A stretch of 53,290 nucleotides of DNA from Macrostomum lignano (lineage: Eukaryota): NCBI GenBank assembly GCA_002269645.1, contig NIVC01004250.1:1-53290 (forward strand), in the 5' to 3' direction. The translations under genes were made by a program, and so were the position numbers. Below, one piece after another: positions 37,601 to 49,547 of the stretch; positions within the stretch are counted from its first letter, which is position 1; each line of letters starts with the position of its first letter. The notes beneath the pieces are model-generated. The model worked only from the letters and a program-made list of their open reading frames with translations. It searched no databases and was not told the origin of the DNA.

Positions 37601-40600
37601 TCAGGGCCAGGTGGCCTGGGCGATGCGGTCGGGCAAGTCCGGGACTCGGCCGGCCATCACACGGGCGATACGGCGGGCCACCGCCCTAAGCACAGCCGGG
37701 TGTTCAGGATGGCGGACCGCGGCACCGGCGATGTCCGCACCGTGGTCCATCGCGGCTTGGCGCTCGATGTCATCAAGAGCCCGCATCTCGGCCCAGATGG
37801 GCTCGTTGAAGGAGGGCCATTCGCCATCTTGAGCCGCCGCCACAAAACAGCCGGCGAGATGCTCGGCGACGGTGTGGGCTAAGCTGATGGGCACACTCGG
37901 TGTCGGCTGGAGGTCGGCGTCATGCGGGTTGGCTGCCTGAATGTATGCGTCGGCCCTGGATGGGCCCTCAGCCTGGGTGGCGGCATCGATGCAGCGGGGC
38001 TCGGCCGGGGAGTTGGGCGGGGCCTGCGGCAGAGCGAGCCGGAGCTCCTCGGCGAGGTCGCTCCAGCTATACGTAATCTCGTTGGCGTCGCTGAATTCAG
38101 CCTCGGAGGTCTGGGTGCCCATGGTCACCGATGTCGGAGCCCTGTTGGCCCCGGTCACAATCAGCTTTGCGGCCGCTGCTGCAGTTTTACCCGGGGGATC
38201 TTCCCGCGGCTGACTGGCGATGGGCTCCAGCGTCTCCGGAGTGGAAGACCCAGCCGTAGGGCCGTCTGCACCGAACGCGGCCGCAAAAGCGGCGAAGCTG
38301 GTTGGGCCTCCGGGTAGATGCGAGGGCGCGGCCGCCGATGGCCTTGCAGTGGTCACCGGATCGACAGGTCGTCGGGGATGTCGCTGCCGGTGAGCCTCTG
38401 GTCCCGAGCTGACCCGTGGGTCATCATGACTCTGGTGGCTCGCCGAGGACCGCAAACGGCGGATCCGGGTAACGGAGTCTTCGCCCGTGAGGTCAATGAC
38501 CTCCGGCTGCGAGTTCTCCCGTCGCTGGCGATGCCGTCCGCGTCCTCGGCGACGTCGCGGTCGCGAGGCGTCCCTTGACCGAGGCGTCTCGTCGTTACGG
38601 CGTCGGTCCGGCGGCGGCGATCGTCGATTGGGCGGCGGGGACGGGGACCGACTATACGGAGTCTGGCCGAGACGCAATCTGGGATGTACGCGCTGGACCC
38701 AGGGAGGCCGGGGCGCACTTTCCCATTGGCCGGCAGCCGCGCCGATGGCGGGGCCAGCATCGGCGGGGCAGAACAGCTGTCTGCGCTGCGCTGTCGCTCG
38801 CTCGTCGGAGCTTGAGCGGTCCGTTCGCTTTGGCGGGCGAGATTGGTGCATTTCTGCGCTGAAATGGTTGAAATTTTGTGTGCGCATGCGGGCGGTGCGA
38901 CTAGCGTACGTTTGCGCCCTAGTGTCGCTAATAAGAAGCCTCTCTGGAGGCCTACGATCCCTAGCTAGCCTACCGAAACCTACAGGCTCTACAGGCGCTT
39001 CCACCGGAGTGGTGCATGGCGATGGTACACGAGACTGTACCGCAGAAAAAGGTTCGGGGGGAGTAGGGACATGGACGGGCGAAAAGGAAGCAGCAGGCAC
39101 AGATGCATTAGAAACAGGCTCACGCAAGTGGCATTCACCATACGGCACTGGCTCACGCCGAAGTGCACTTGCCTGGTTCGCTGGTGTCGTGTTCGGTCCA
39201 CCTCCTGGCTGCACCTCCGGGATTGCCAGAGGCCGGAAGTACCACCAGAGAGCCGGCCTCACATCATCGTCCTCGTTGTCATCGGGATCTTCGAGCTCTT
39301 CCTCGGGAACCGGTGGCAGGGTCGCGGGTCCTGCACCGTCAGGATCATCTGGCTGCCGTCTGCGCTTCTTCGCCTTCTCGACTTCGGGATCTGAAATCAT
39401 CGCGTAGTCAGCGTCAGGAACGTGGAGCAGGTTGCGGCGATGAACAACAAGTTCATCCCGTCGGGCTCGCGGGTTGGGCAGTCTACGGCGAATCTTGTAG
39501 ACTACCTCGCCTTTGGGTTTTACGACTTCGTAGAGTGCTTTGCGGGGTCGATGAAACTTCGCCGCCTCGTCCGGTTCGAGCACCGGGTTGTTGAGGAAAA
39601 CCAGGTCACCGGGCTTGAGCTTCTTGGCCTTCGGCAGGTTGGAGTAGTGCTCGTCGCGCAGTTGCTGATGCAGATGCAGGCGTTCTTTAGCTAGCTCAGT
39701 CGCTTCGTCTAATCGGCGCTGGAAGTCCTTGACATAGTCAGGCAAGTCGGCATACTCGGGCAGCTTCTTCAGCGCGTTGTCGATCGGCAGTCGGAAGTCA
39801 CGGCCAAACACCAGGTAGTGGGGCGTGAATCCTGTCACCGGGTGTACACTAGAGCGGAGAGCCATCAGACAGGCTGGAAGGAAGGTGTCCCAGTCGTTGT
39901 GGTTTCGCTCGAGGAGGCAGGTGAGAACGCTCTTCAGCTGCTTGTTGAGGTTCTCGACTTGACCATTGGAAGCTGGGTTGTACGGAGTTGTTGTAGTATG
40001 TCGAATGCCAAACAGGTTGCAAAACTTCTTGAAAGCTGAGCCAGTGAAATTGGTTCCTTGATCAGTGTGTATCCAGCATGGTACACCAAAGTCAGGGATC
40101 AAGCGCTCCTGCAGGATCTTGATGACCGTCTTGGCTTTCTGGTTCCTCATCGGATAGGCGAACGGGTACTTCGACGTCGCGTCGCACAAGGTCAATATGT
40201 AGCGGTTCCCACTCTTGCTCCTCTGGGCAATAGGGCCTACTACATCGCAGTGTACTCTTCCTAGTACTTCGCAGACTGGGAAGCTTTGAACTGGAACTTT
40301 GTCTCGCCTTCGCGATTTGCTTTCGAGACAGGCACGGCATCTGCTGATAAAATTCTCGGTGACACGGGCTAATCCGGGCCGCCAGAATCGTTCTCGCAGT
40401 CGTTTCAGCGTTTTTGTCTGGCCTAGGTGTCCACACAGTGGCGAACTGTGGAGCTCCTGGAGCACCTGGGCATCGAGGGCTTCGGGCAGGACAACCTTCG
40501 GGGACTGCTGGCCATCAGTCAGGTCGATCATCAGCAAGTCGTCCTCCACTCGCAAATTCTCAAAATAACCGAGCAGGTTCCGCTGCTCCTTCGACAGGCG

Positions 40601-43600
40601 CAATCGGGCATCAAACTCTGGCTTCGGGGCTTCGTTCTTAACCAGATTGAGCACGTAGCTGATAGCTCGGTCGGCGCGCTGCGCGTCGACAAACTGTTGC
40701 CGCGTCATCGGCAACCTCAGAAAATCCGTGAGCACAGCGCGGCATGGCTGAGGGGTCATGACTCCCGCAGTCTCCGCTTCGGTGGCTCGCCGTTGATCAC
40801 GCGACTCCGTCTTGTCGGCGTCAGGATTAGGTCGCTCCGAGGGACTTTGTCTCACAACGTCGGCGTACGATCGCTGATCCCGTTTCGAAGTTCTCATCGT
40901 CGCTCTCTTGACAGGAATTTCCGCAGCTGGAGCAGTGCACTTGCCTCCACTGCACAGCCCAGGCGACTCTTGGCTGTAGGGCGAGACGCAACACGTGAAG
41001 CACGCCTCGTCGCAGGCAGCCGTAGCCGTCGGCTCGATCATCGTCGTCATTGGGTGAGTCTTCTCCTGCACTGGGCGGTGTCGCAAAGGGGGACTCGACT
41101 TTCCGCACAGGCGATGAGCAGCTGTCTGTCGGCTCGGGGGACAGAGCGTTGACCTTGCAGCCGTCGCGAGAGTCTGGCCTCTGTCAACACGGCGAGAACT
41201 CTCAGCGCAAAACTCCGGGGAGTTGAACTTACATTGCTGGTCTGGATTCGCGTTGTGGGCTGTCATCAGGAGGGCTGCTTGTTCAGTGGCCTCTGAGTCG
41301 TAGTCCATGGGCGTCTCCAGGTTCCGAGACCCGCAGTCTTGGACATCATCAAGGAAGTCTACGTCAGCAGTGGCCTCCGAGGTTTTGTCCGGGCGAATCT
41401 CCAAGTAACAGCAGTCGGCGTGGGCGTCGCTGCGGAGGGCTGAGGTGTCAGTGGCCTCCGGGTTGGTGTCCAAACCGGTCTCCTGGCGTTGACTGCGGCG
41501 ATGGTCGTCGTGCTGAAGGGCTGCTGGCGCGGTGGCCTTCAGGTCTTCGGCCAGGGCAGTCTTGGCCTCCTTGTTGCGAGTGCGGACCTTCTTCGAAAGG
41601 GCTGGTCTTGCAGTGGCCTTCCGGGTGGTGTCCAAGTCCGGCTCCAAGCTGGTGTCATCATCGTGTCGGGCTGCAGAACCGGGATGCTCAAGCAGTCGGC
41701 CATGTTCGAAGTCAACCGGTGGTGTCTCCGGGCGTCTTGACAGGGCGTCGGCGTTGGCGTGGTCCTTGCCTTTGCGATGGTGAAGCTGGAAGCGGAACTC
41801 GCTCAGTCGCTCAATCCAACGGCCCAAGATGCCTGTGACCTGCGTCTGGTTCAGCAGCCACAGCAAGGCCCGATGGTCAGAACGAACTTCAAACTTCTTG
41901 CCAATTAAATAATGACGGAAATGTCGCATCGCGTCCACGATTGCAAGCAGCTCTTTCTTCGTGACCGTGTAGCGCTTCTCAGGATCACGAAGCTTCCGGC
42001 TAAAGAATGCAATTGGGCGCTCGACGCCGTCGGATTGCCGTTGTCCAAGACAAGCGCCTATGCGAATGTCTGAGGCATCAGTGTCTAGGACAAACTTCAC
42101 ATCAGGATCTGAGTTAAACTCGGGCAGAGCGAGAACTTCAGTCGAACACAACTTCTTCTTCAACGTGTCGAACGCTACCTGGTGCTCATCAGTCCAATGC
42201 TGCCGCAGGCTGCCGATGTCCTTTCGAGTCAGGGCATGTAGCGGCGCAGCAAATCCAGCGTAGCCGTTGACAAACTTGTGGTAGTAATTGGCGAGGCCTA
42301 GGAATTGTCTCAGTTGAGTAACGGACTGTGGCACGGGCCAATCACGGATCTGCGCAATCTTGTCCTCACAGGTCTTCAGGCCGTCGGGAGTCACGACGTG
42401 GCCTAGATAATGCAGCTCCTTGAGGAACAAATGGCACTTCTTCGGCTTGACCTTAGGTTGGCTGCGATAATCCGCTGGAGTACAGTCCGCAGGTTGTCCA
42501 GCTGCTCCTCGAAGGTCACAGAGTGCACCACGATGTCATCCATGTAGCCAAGCGCAGTCTTTGGCGTCAGGCCGTCCAGGAGCTTATTGATGCAACGCTG
42601 AAAGCTGCCTGGACTATCGTGGAGACCCATCGGTAGAACATTGAAACAGAATTGTCCGCGGTCAATCACAGAGAACGCCGTCAGGTGCTGATCGCAGTCG
42701 CGCAGCGGGATCTGCCAGAATCCTTGGGCGAGATCCAAGCTAGAGTACCACTGGGCACCACGCAGCTTCGCGAAGGTCTCCTGAATGTGCGGCAGCGGGT
42801 ACGGGTGATACACACACTTGTCGTTGAGAGCTCTGAAGTCATGCACCAGCCTGATGTTGCCGTCCTTCTTGGGCACTATCAGCATTGGCGAGTTGTAGCT
42901 AGAGTAAGCTGGGCGAATGATGTGCTTCGCCAGCATCTCGTCTAGCAGCGCGTCTAGCTTGTCCTTCAGATGAGGCGGGATCCTGCGCGGTGGTAGCGCA
43001 ACTGGTGTCCGATCCTTCAGGATGATCTCGTGGGTCACCAGGTGTGTCAGGCCAGCGTCTAGCAGATGCTTCGAGAAGGCTGCTTGACACTCAACTAGTA
43101 GATCTCGCACTCTCTGTCGTTGATCTTCGGACAGCTCGCTGTTGATCTCGACTTCCTCTAGCCAAGCTGTGCTGGACTCTTCAGGGCTCCTTGGCAAATG
43201 TCGCACTTCAGGTTCCGGCGTCTCTTCCAGGTACATCAGGTCGGCAGTTCTAAGTGGTGTCGCAACACCAACGCGGATGCCCGACTGCAGGAACACCTCG
43301 CAGTCAGCAGTGTTGACGACCTCGATGTAGCCTCGACCTTCAGGCATCGTCATCAGAGCTGGAGCTGCTTCCAGAGTGTTGCAGCTGGGGTGCAGTCTCG
43401 ACTTCACCAGCTCGACGATTGATGGCGATCCTCGGTTCTCGGGGTGGCCGACATCCAACTGGACGGCCAACAGCGCTGAGCTTCTCGGCGGCAGAGTGCA
43501 CTTCTCGGAGGTGTACACCCGGCATGATTGAAGCTCACGGCGCGAATATCGAACGGGAATGCACGCGCCATTGTTGAACTTTAGCATTCCTTGAGCGAAG

Positions 43601-44124
43601 TCCAAGTTCTGGCAGTGCTCACGCATGAAATTAATACCAAGCAAATTTTCACAATCGGTGACCGTGACCAGGAATTCGGTGTCCGCGACGACATCACCAA
43701 ACTCCACCGGGATGATCACCTTACACGCAAGGGGTAGCTGCGTACCGTCGTACATGGTCACGCAATCCGGGATAGCATGCGATATAATACAACGAGGCAT
43801 CCGACGTCTAACATTGGCCCAGGTCGACGCTCCAAGAAAGTTTTTCCGACTGCCGCTGTCTAGTAGGAAAGGGACTTCTCGGCCCGCCAATCGGCCGGTG
43901 ACGTACGGATCAGCCTCACGCGCATGGATTTTTTGATCATCGGAGGTGTCCACGAAACCTCCGGGCTCCGCGCCACTTACTGACGAGCGACTGTCGGACT
44001 GGGCATTGGCGCCTGCGCAGCCGACATCCTCTTCTTCTCGTGACCTCTCGGAGTCTGCCAAGTAGCCGGGGCTTGGGCTCTTCGGAGGGCGGTGCCGTGG
44101 GCGCTCTCCGGCTGGCCGTTTCCC
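37601..44124 (-). CDS. pol: Pol of right copy: protease, dUTPase-like spacer, RT, RNase H, long linker, integrase, ~430-aa extension; one frameshift at about 42453
   Basis: LLDSGS (PR); YMDD (RT); DTDAS, KELLA and SDHRAL (RH); HxxxxxxH...CRAC, VHCDVVGP, HTDQGTNF and NGQVENLN (IN). Confidence 0.92.
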
Positions 44125-45152
44125 TGGTTCTGGCGGAGCGGGCATTGGGCGTTACGGTGGCCTGGCTGACCACAGCCATAGCAGATCATGGCCTTCGTCG
44201 GCGGGCTCGTCTGCTGCTGCTGATCACGCTGAGCCAAGTCGCTGAGCAGCTTCTGCTGCTTCTCGAGTACTTCGGTCAAAGCCAACAGGGCTTGGGCAGT
44301 GGCGTCTGATATCGGGCGAGCGTCCTGCTCCCCGTCCAACATTCTAACCGGGGGTTGAGCGGAGCGCTGGGCCAGCTCTCTGGCACCTTCTAGACGGTGC
44401 AGCTCTCGAATTGCGGCAAGCAAGTTGTTTGGGCGCACCCAATACAGTCGTTCTCGCAAATCTGGGGTTGTCCGCAGGTCGGCAAGGAACTGATCAGCCA
44501 GCTCCTTCTCGCGGTCCTCGGGATGCATCCTCGGGTATGCACGCTCTCCTAGGGTGCGCAGCGAATCAGCGTACTCTTCTACGGACTCATTCTTGCCTTG
44601 CTGACGCCTCCTTAGAAGCTCTCGATACTCATCAGCGCCACCATGGCGCGCAAATCGCTCGATTAAACGCTGTTTAACCTCCTCGTAGCTGGCGAACCTT
44701 GGCAGATGCATGCTGAGCAGGGCTGGATACGCAGTAGACAGATCTAGACTCGCGATGAGGTGCTGCTTCATCTCGAACGGGTCGACGACTCGCTCCATCT
44801 CGCAACGCTGCTCGAACGCGGCAAGCCAGACATGAATGTCTTGACTTGGAGTAAATTTAACAATCTTAATCTGTTTACTCACCGGTCGCTCTATTTGCTG
44901 CTGCAGCGCTGCCATCATGGTCCTCAGGTCCAATGGTCTGACGGTCTGGCCAAGGTCATCCAAGCCTCGCAGAAGCTCATCTGGCGGGTCCTCGGACACC
45001 TCGCTTCGTACACTTCGCCTCGGCGCGGGCCTCTGACAGAAGTCACCGGTCGTTGCTGCTGCCGCGGCGGCGTCTGCTGCCGCAGGCCTCGAACTGCTGA
45101 TGTGCTGATCCAGCCGGCTGCTACTCCGGCTCTCGTCTCGCTCGTTGAACAT
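43977..45152 (-). CDS. gag: Gag, right copy (391 aa)
   Basis: Identical to the left copy except one Pro/Leu difference; CCHC knuckle. Confidence 0.9.
   Translation of the reverse strand: MFNERDESRSSSRLDQHISSSRPAAADAAAAAATTGDFCQRPAPRRSVRSEVSEDPPDELLRGLDDLGQTVRPLDLRTMMAALQQQIERPVSKQIKIVKFTPSQDIHVWLAAFEQRCEMERVVDPFEMKQHLIASLDLSTAYPALLSMHLPRFASYEEVKQRLIERFARHGGADEYRELLRRRQQGKNESVEEYADSLRTLGERAYPRMHPEDREKELADQFLADLRTTPDLRERLYWVRPNNLLAAIRELHRLEGARELAQRSAQPPVRMLDGEQDARPISDATAQALLALTEVLEKQQKLLSDLAQRDQQQQTSPPTKAMICYGCGQPGHRNAQCPLRQNQGNGQPESAHGTALRRAQAPATWQTPRGHEKKRMSAAQAPMPSPTVARQ
44118..44124 (-). promoter_or_regulatory. -1 programmed ribosomal frameshift site G GGA AAC (left copy 34761-34767)
   Basis: Canonical X XXY YYZ heptamer in the gag frame just after the knuckle; a -1 shift enters the pol frame (PGKRP); downstream AGCCGG...CCGGCT can pair. 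Confidence 0.75.
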
Positions 45153-45240
45153 GCTGATCTCGTAGCTGACCGAAAAGTCGTTCTCGAAAAAGGGCGGTTG
45201 GCTTGGGTGTTTCGAAGTCGGATCCCACCGCTGCCACCAG

Positions 45241-46387
45241 TGAAGTGGTTGCTTGTACTTTCCTCGATAGCGTCTAGAGGTGGCCTGGTAGGTCTTTGAA
45301 TCCCACCGCTGCCACCAGTGAAGTACTTGGTTCCGGCTACTTCCCTGTCAGTCACGTGAGCTGCCTACTTTGAGCTCTTGGTAGACTCTCCCAGGAAGCT
45401 TCTAGCAATTCTTAGTAGCGTTGGTAGTGCTGCCACCAGCCCGCTCGGATCTTGTCCTTCGATGAGGGAGACTCCGGGCTGAGCGAAATAAACGAGACAC
45501 GAGAACTCAGCACGCCGTGCAGGTTTGACAGTTCGTACCGGTGCACACCTCGTCAGCGGTCCTGCCGGGCTCAAGTGCGGGGATGAGGAACTGTGCTAGT
45601 CTCTGTTAGTTCGGTTGGGCTTTAACACACTCAAAGACACACAGTCGAAGATGGATCAGAAATCAGATAGGTTGGCTAAGGCCTAGCGCAAGCTGCGCTG
45701 GACTTCCAAGAGAGCAGTTATTAGAAGAGTTAACTCATAGGTAAACGAGAGGTTTCACAGAGGGTCGGGCGGTTGCCAAACAGAGGCACGAGAGGCCCGT
45801 ACTTATAGGGTAGCGGATCGATTTCACCATACCGTGCAACACCCCATTGCGCCAGAGTGCGCAAGGCCGCTCTCACTGCCCCCAATCTGGCGTGAATCAG
45901 TTCTATTTTTAGAAACAGGCGCGGAACCCTCAATTTGAGAGGCAAGGACGCCATTCCTAATTTAGAGCCTGACACCCGAGATTGCACAAGGCAGCGCAAG
46001 AAAAGGACAGAGCGCCGGGGCACGTGATCCGCTCCCGTACGGCCAGACAGAGAGTACAGCCAGAACTGGCTGGACTCGAGCCAAGAGAACGCAGCCACAC
46101 AAAAAGGGGGGAAGGAGACAGACAAAGAATGAAACAAGGACAGGCTGAGCGGAGAAGCTCAGACGCTGGGAACGCAAACGAACCGGAAAAAGGGGGGACA
46201 AAAGGGAGCGCAGGCAGACAAAAGGACAACGAGGGAGGGAGAGGGAGAGAGAGGAGTGGGAGAGGGAGAGAGAGAGGGAGAGGGAGAGAGGGAGGGAGAG
46301 CTGCGGCCAGCGGCAGCCAACAGCTCAGGAGGGCGCAGGGCACAGCTGACAAAGGGGGCACCTAACACTAAACTAGTGCTCACTTCA
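45241..46387 (-). repeat. LTR (5' LTR of right copy), 1147 bp
   Basis: Differences I saw from the other LTRs are single-base homopolymer-length changes; followed outside by the TSD GATG. Confidence 0.95.
45802..45807 (-). promoter_or_regulatory. candidate LTR TATA box (TATAAG)
   Basis: TATA-like hexamer near the middle of the LTR, downstream of a CT-rich U3; position is plausible but unverified. Confidence 0.35.
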
Positions 46388-46628
46388 GATGCTACGCTCG
46401 ATTTTCTATGAAATGGGCTCGAGGCCGGTAAGGAATGCATAAATATAGTGCGTTCTGTATGCTCTAGAGAACGCATACGCACTTGAAAAATCCGATCTTT
46501 TGAGAGAATACAATTCTGGTGATGATCTGACGGCATGTACGAGCTAACTACAAGAAGCTTGACTGACGACACAAGCGTATTTAAAGCCCAAAACCTGGTG
46601 TTTGTGCAGCTACGAGTGTTTCAGTAGC

Positions 46629-46634
46629 TTTATT
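46629..46634 (-). terminator. AATAAA polyadenylation signal of ACE-like copy A
   Basis: Canonical hexamer about 170 nt after the stop codon and about 240 bp before the retroelement. Confidence 0.55.
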
Positions 46635-46802
46635 CGACTTCTGTTTTACATCCACGAGACTTGATTAAATACGAGTAGTCCACTCTTAATCTGAATGCAG
46701 CAAAGCAATTAACTGTGTAACATATGTAGCTTTGGTTGTCAAGTCCTTCAATGTTGATAACTGGAGCATCTTCATCGATCAGTCAGTCCTCCAGATGTTC
46801 TT

Positions 46803-49547
46803 TCAGTTCGAAGCCGATTGCATTGGGTTCGCAGGCACGGTCCAGCCCACTGGCACGCCATTTTTAGCGTTGTAGTCCTTCAGCCAGTTGTGCAGCGGCT
46901 GGAAGTACTCCATCAGTGCATCGGCCGAGATGTCCCTTCGGCCGGTCAGCTGTTGGAGAGCGTCCGGCCACGGCTTGGACCGGCCGAGTTGCAGCATGCG
47001 CCTGTTAGTAAAATTGATCGATTTTTGCTTTGGACACGAGCGAACTTGCATAAAATCTTTCAACGAAGCTCTGAATAAAATAAGAATATTTCTGCTTCCA
47101 TTACTTCTGGCTTTAACACAGCTCTTACCGCAGTTTATCTCCGGCAGCGGTTGATTTGTAGAAGTCGCAGGTAGACAATGGTCCTTTGTGACCGGCTTCT
47201 TCGCACATGGCCTTATAGAATTGGAACTTTAGCAGAAAGCTAATGAAGTATCTGAAATGCGATTAAGCAAGACAAGCAGTCGTTTATTTTACTTCAACAA
47301 ATAACGAAAAGTAGTGATGCGTTTCTTTTCTGGGCAAAAGCACTATTTTGTATTCACTGTTCAGGGCACCCACCTTACGTAACCGATGTTCTTCGCGGCA
47401 TGGTACTTGGACAGAGCGTCGGTATCCGCCTCGGATCTTGAGACTGAAGGACCAACACCGGCGTAGAGGCCCCTCAGCCGCCACCAGTCCTGGTTGAGTT
47501 GTTCCTTCGGCACCTTACCGCTAATGTATCGCCACTTCCAAAGGTCAACCGTCATTGCAAACGGTAGGAACATGACGTTTTCGAGAGCTTGCGTTAGTTG
47601 TGTGTTCACTTGAGACTCTGGAAAGTGTTAATGTTACTCAGTACGAACTCTTCCTTTAAAAAAGAACGCGGAATATTTGAATTGCCATATTTACGTACCA
47701 TGCGTATCATTTAAATGTTTGGCAAACTTAATAGCCTGAAAGTGCTCTGCCGTCTTCACAGATAATGTGATTGTGTCTCCAATAGCCTCGTGAAAGCCAC
47801 TATTCGCGCTACCTTGGAACAGGACCGGCTGGTGAGAGTACAGCATGAAGTACATTATGTGTCCCATCTCGTGATGAACCGTGCTGAAGCTGCTCATGTC
47901 CATTCGGGTGCACATCTTGATGCGGAAGTCGTCTCTTGACGCGCTGTGCATGTCGAAAGCGGTTCCATGGCAGTTCATCTTGTGGTCCTTCGGCTTTAGA
48001 AACACGCTCTTACGCCAGAATGTTTCTGTCATCTTTGGCAGTCCCAGACTTCTGTAGAACTCGTCGGCGACGTGAGGAAGCTGTGGCACAGTCAGGAGAC
48101 CACGCCTCTCCCTGTCCTTGAGAATGCCGTCGAAATCGATGGACTCGGCTGCTGGGAACGGAACGAACTCATTGTGCCACTTTGTGTATTGGGATCCCCA
48201 AGGATCATCGCCAAGATGACCAGGTAGAAGCCCGTTAGCTGCAAATTTTCCTGGATACTTCTGGTGCAGTCGGTGTCTTAGGTAGGCGTGCAGCTGCTCG
48301 TAGAGGGGTTTGAACTGGTTGTAGAGCGAGACGACTGTTTCCGGGAACTTTGGGTCCTCGAAATCGGTGAAATATTCAAAGAATGCGTAGTTTTTAAAGC
48401 CTGAAAGATGAATGAAATTCAATAAAGGTTTTGGTTGTCCAAAGCTGAATCGAGATAGTAGCTATTCAAAATGTAACCAATAACTGCCGAAAGCTCACCC
48501 GCAGGTCGAACGGATTCGTTGAGCAGCTGAGCTCTCTCTACGAACGCGTTTCGGAACTTTGCGCCAGTCGCATTGCGCCAAGACTTCCACAGATACCGCA
48601 GCTGGTCGTAGTCATTTTTGGTGCGAAAGAAGTTTTTCACGTTGTCCTCACCGCTGTCCAGGCACTTTCCTGGCGCGTAGCAGCCGACAGCCGTGTCGTA
48701 GCTTTGGCTCATCTGTGAATCCAGGTTTGACATCCGGCTAAGACAGGTAGGTGGTGGATGAGAGTAGGTTAGTTGTGGAAATCTGAGAGCTGTTCCAACT
48801 AATGTTATTTGTCTTACCTGGAATCCTTTCTTCTTCCGAACACCATGTTCCACTGCAGATCCCGGAGCATCCTTGCATCAGAAGCTGACAAACCGCTCAT
48901 GCGTTTGCCTTTGAACTTCAGTGCAAAAAGCGTTAGCTTGCTGCTGAACCTGCGGTATTTTGTGTCCACTCTAGTCAACTGAAAGTAGATGATGGGACAG
49001 TATGGTGGTAGATGGTTGTAGATGGGACTGTGATACTGTTGCTATATCAGCTAAAACACTTTTCCTAAAGAGCGCAGTCTTAAAACCCTGCCCCCCTTTT
49101 AACTGAACCTTACCAACTCCTTGTTCCTCTTGTTGATGTTGACGTTGTAGTGAAAGGAAGCCAGAGAAGATCGGTGCTTCCGCTTTCTGAGCTGCTGGTT
49201 GGCAAAGTGGATGAACCGACGGGCGCATTTTGTCAGCTGAGATTCGGTCAGGCCGTCAAGGCTGTACTTCCAGCCTGATAATAGTGCAGATTTCGATCGA
49301 TAAATGCGCTGATAGTTAAATTTGGAGCTGTAATTTATTTAGATAAATTGTCTAATATTTTCTAATAAAATATCTCACAATGCTTCCTGTGCTGGTCCCG
49401 CCTGAGTTTCATCAACAGGTGGCTGAGCTCGCTGGACTCATCGTCACGAAACCGATAGGCGTCGGCGCACAGGGCAAAAACTGCCATCACGGCGACTGCG
49501 AGCAGCAAGAGTCCGACGGGCCGGGTCGGCGAGCTGCTGAGCGTCAT
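46803..49547 (-). CDS. secreted single-domain angiotensin-converting-enzyme-like peptidase (family M2), copy A, ~665 aa
   Basis: Eight phase-consistent exons: 49547-49379, 49274-49114, 48978-48818, 48737-48499, 48400-47699, 47617-47374, 47251-47129, 47001-46803 (1998 nt). Signal peptide; HHEMGH and GFHEAIGD zinc ligands; K-x-H...Y-x-R-Y; no C-terminal TM segment. Confidence 0.93.

Larger units (their letters stand above)
26529..46387 (-). mobile_element. tandem Ty3/Gypsy LTR retrotransposon array (LTR-int-LTR-int-LTR)
   Basis: Three ~1.15-kb LTRs with TGAAGTG...CACTTCA termini; two ~8.2-kb internal regions in gag-PR-RT-RH-IN order; one 4-bp TSD, GATG, at 26525-26528 and 46388-46391. Confidence 0.97.

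Noticed and set aside
42448-42458. CUA AGG as a Ty1-like +1 recoding site
   Set aside because: Restoring RT needs a -1 shift, not +1, and the Ty1 signal is CUU AGG C.
28026-45299. Numerous plus-strand ORFs, e.g. 306 aa at 29133 and 241 aa at 31072
   Set aside because: Antisense shadows of GC-rich gag/pol with no recognisable motifs.
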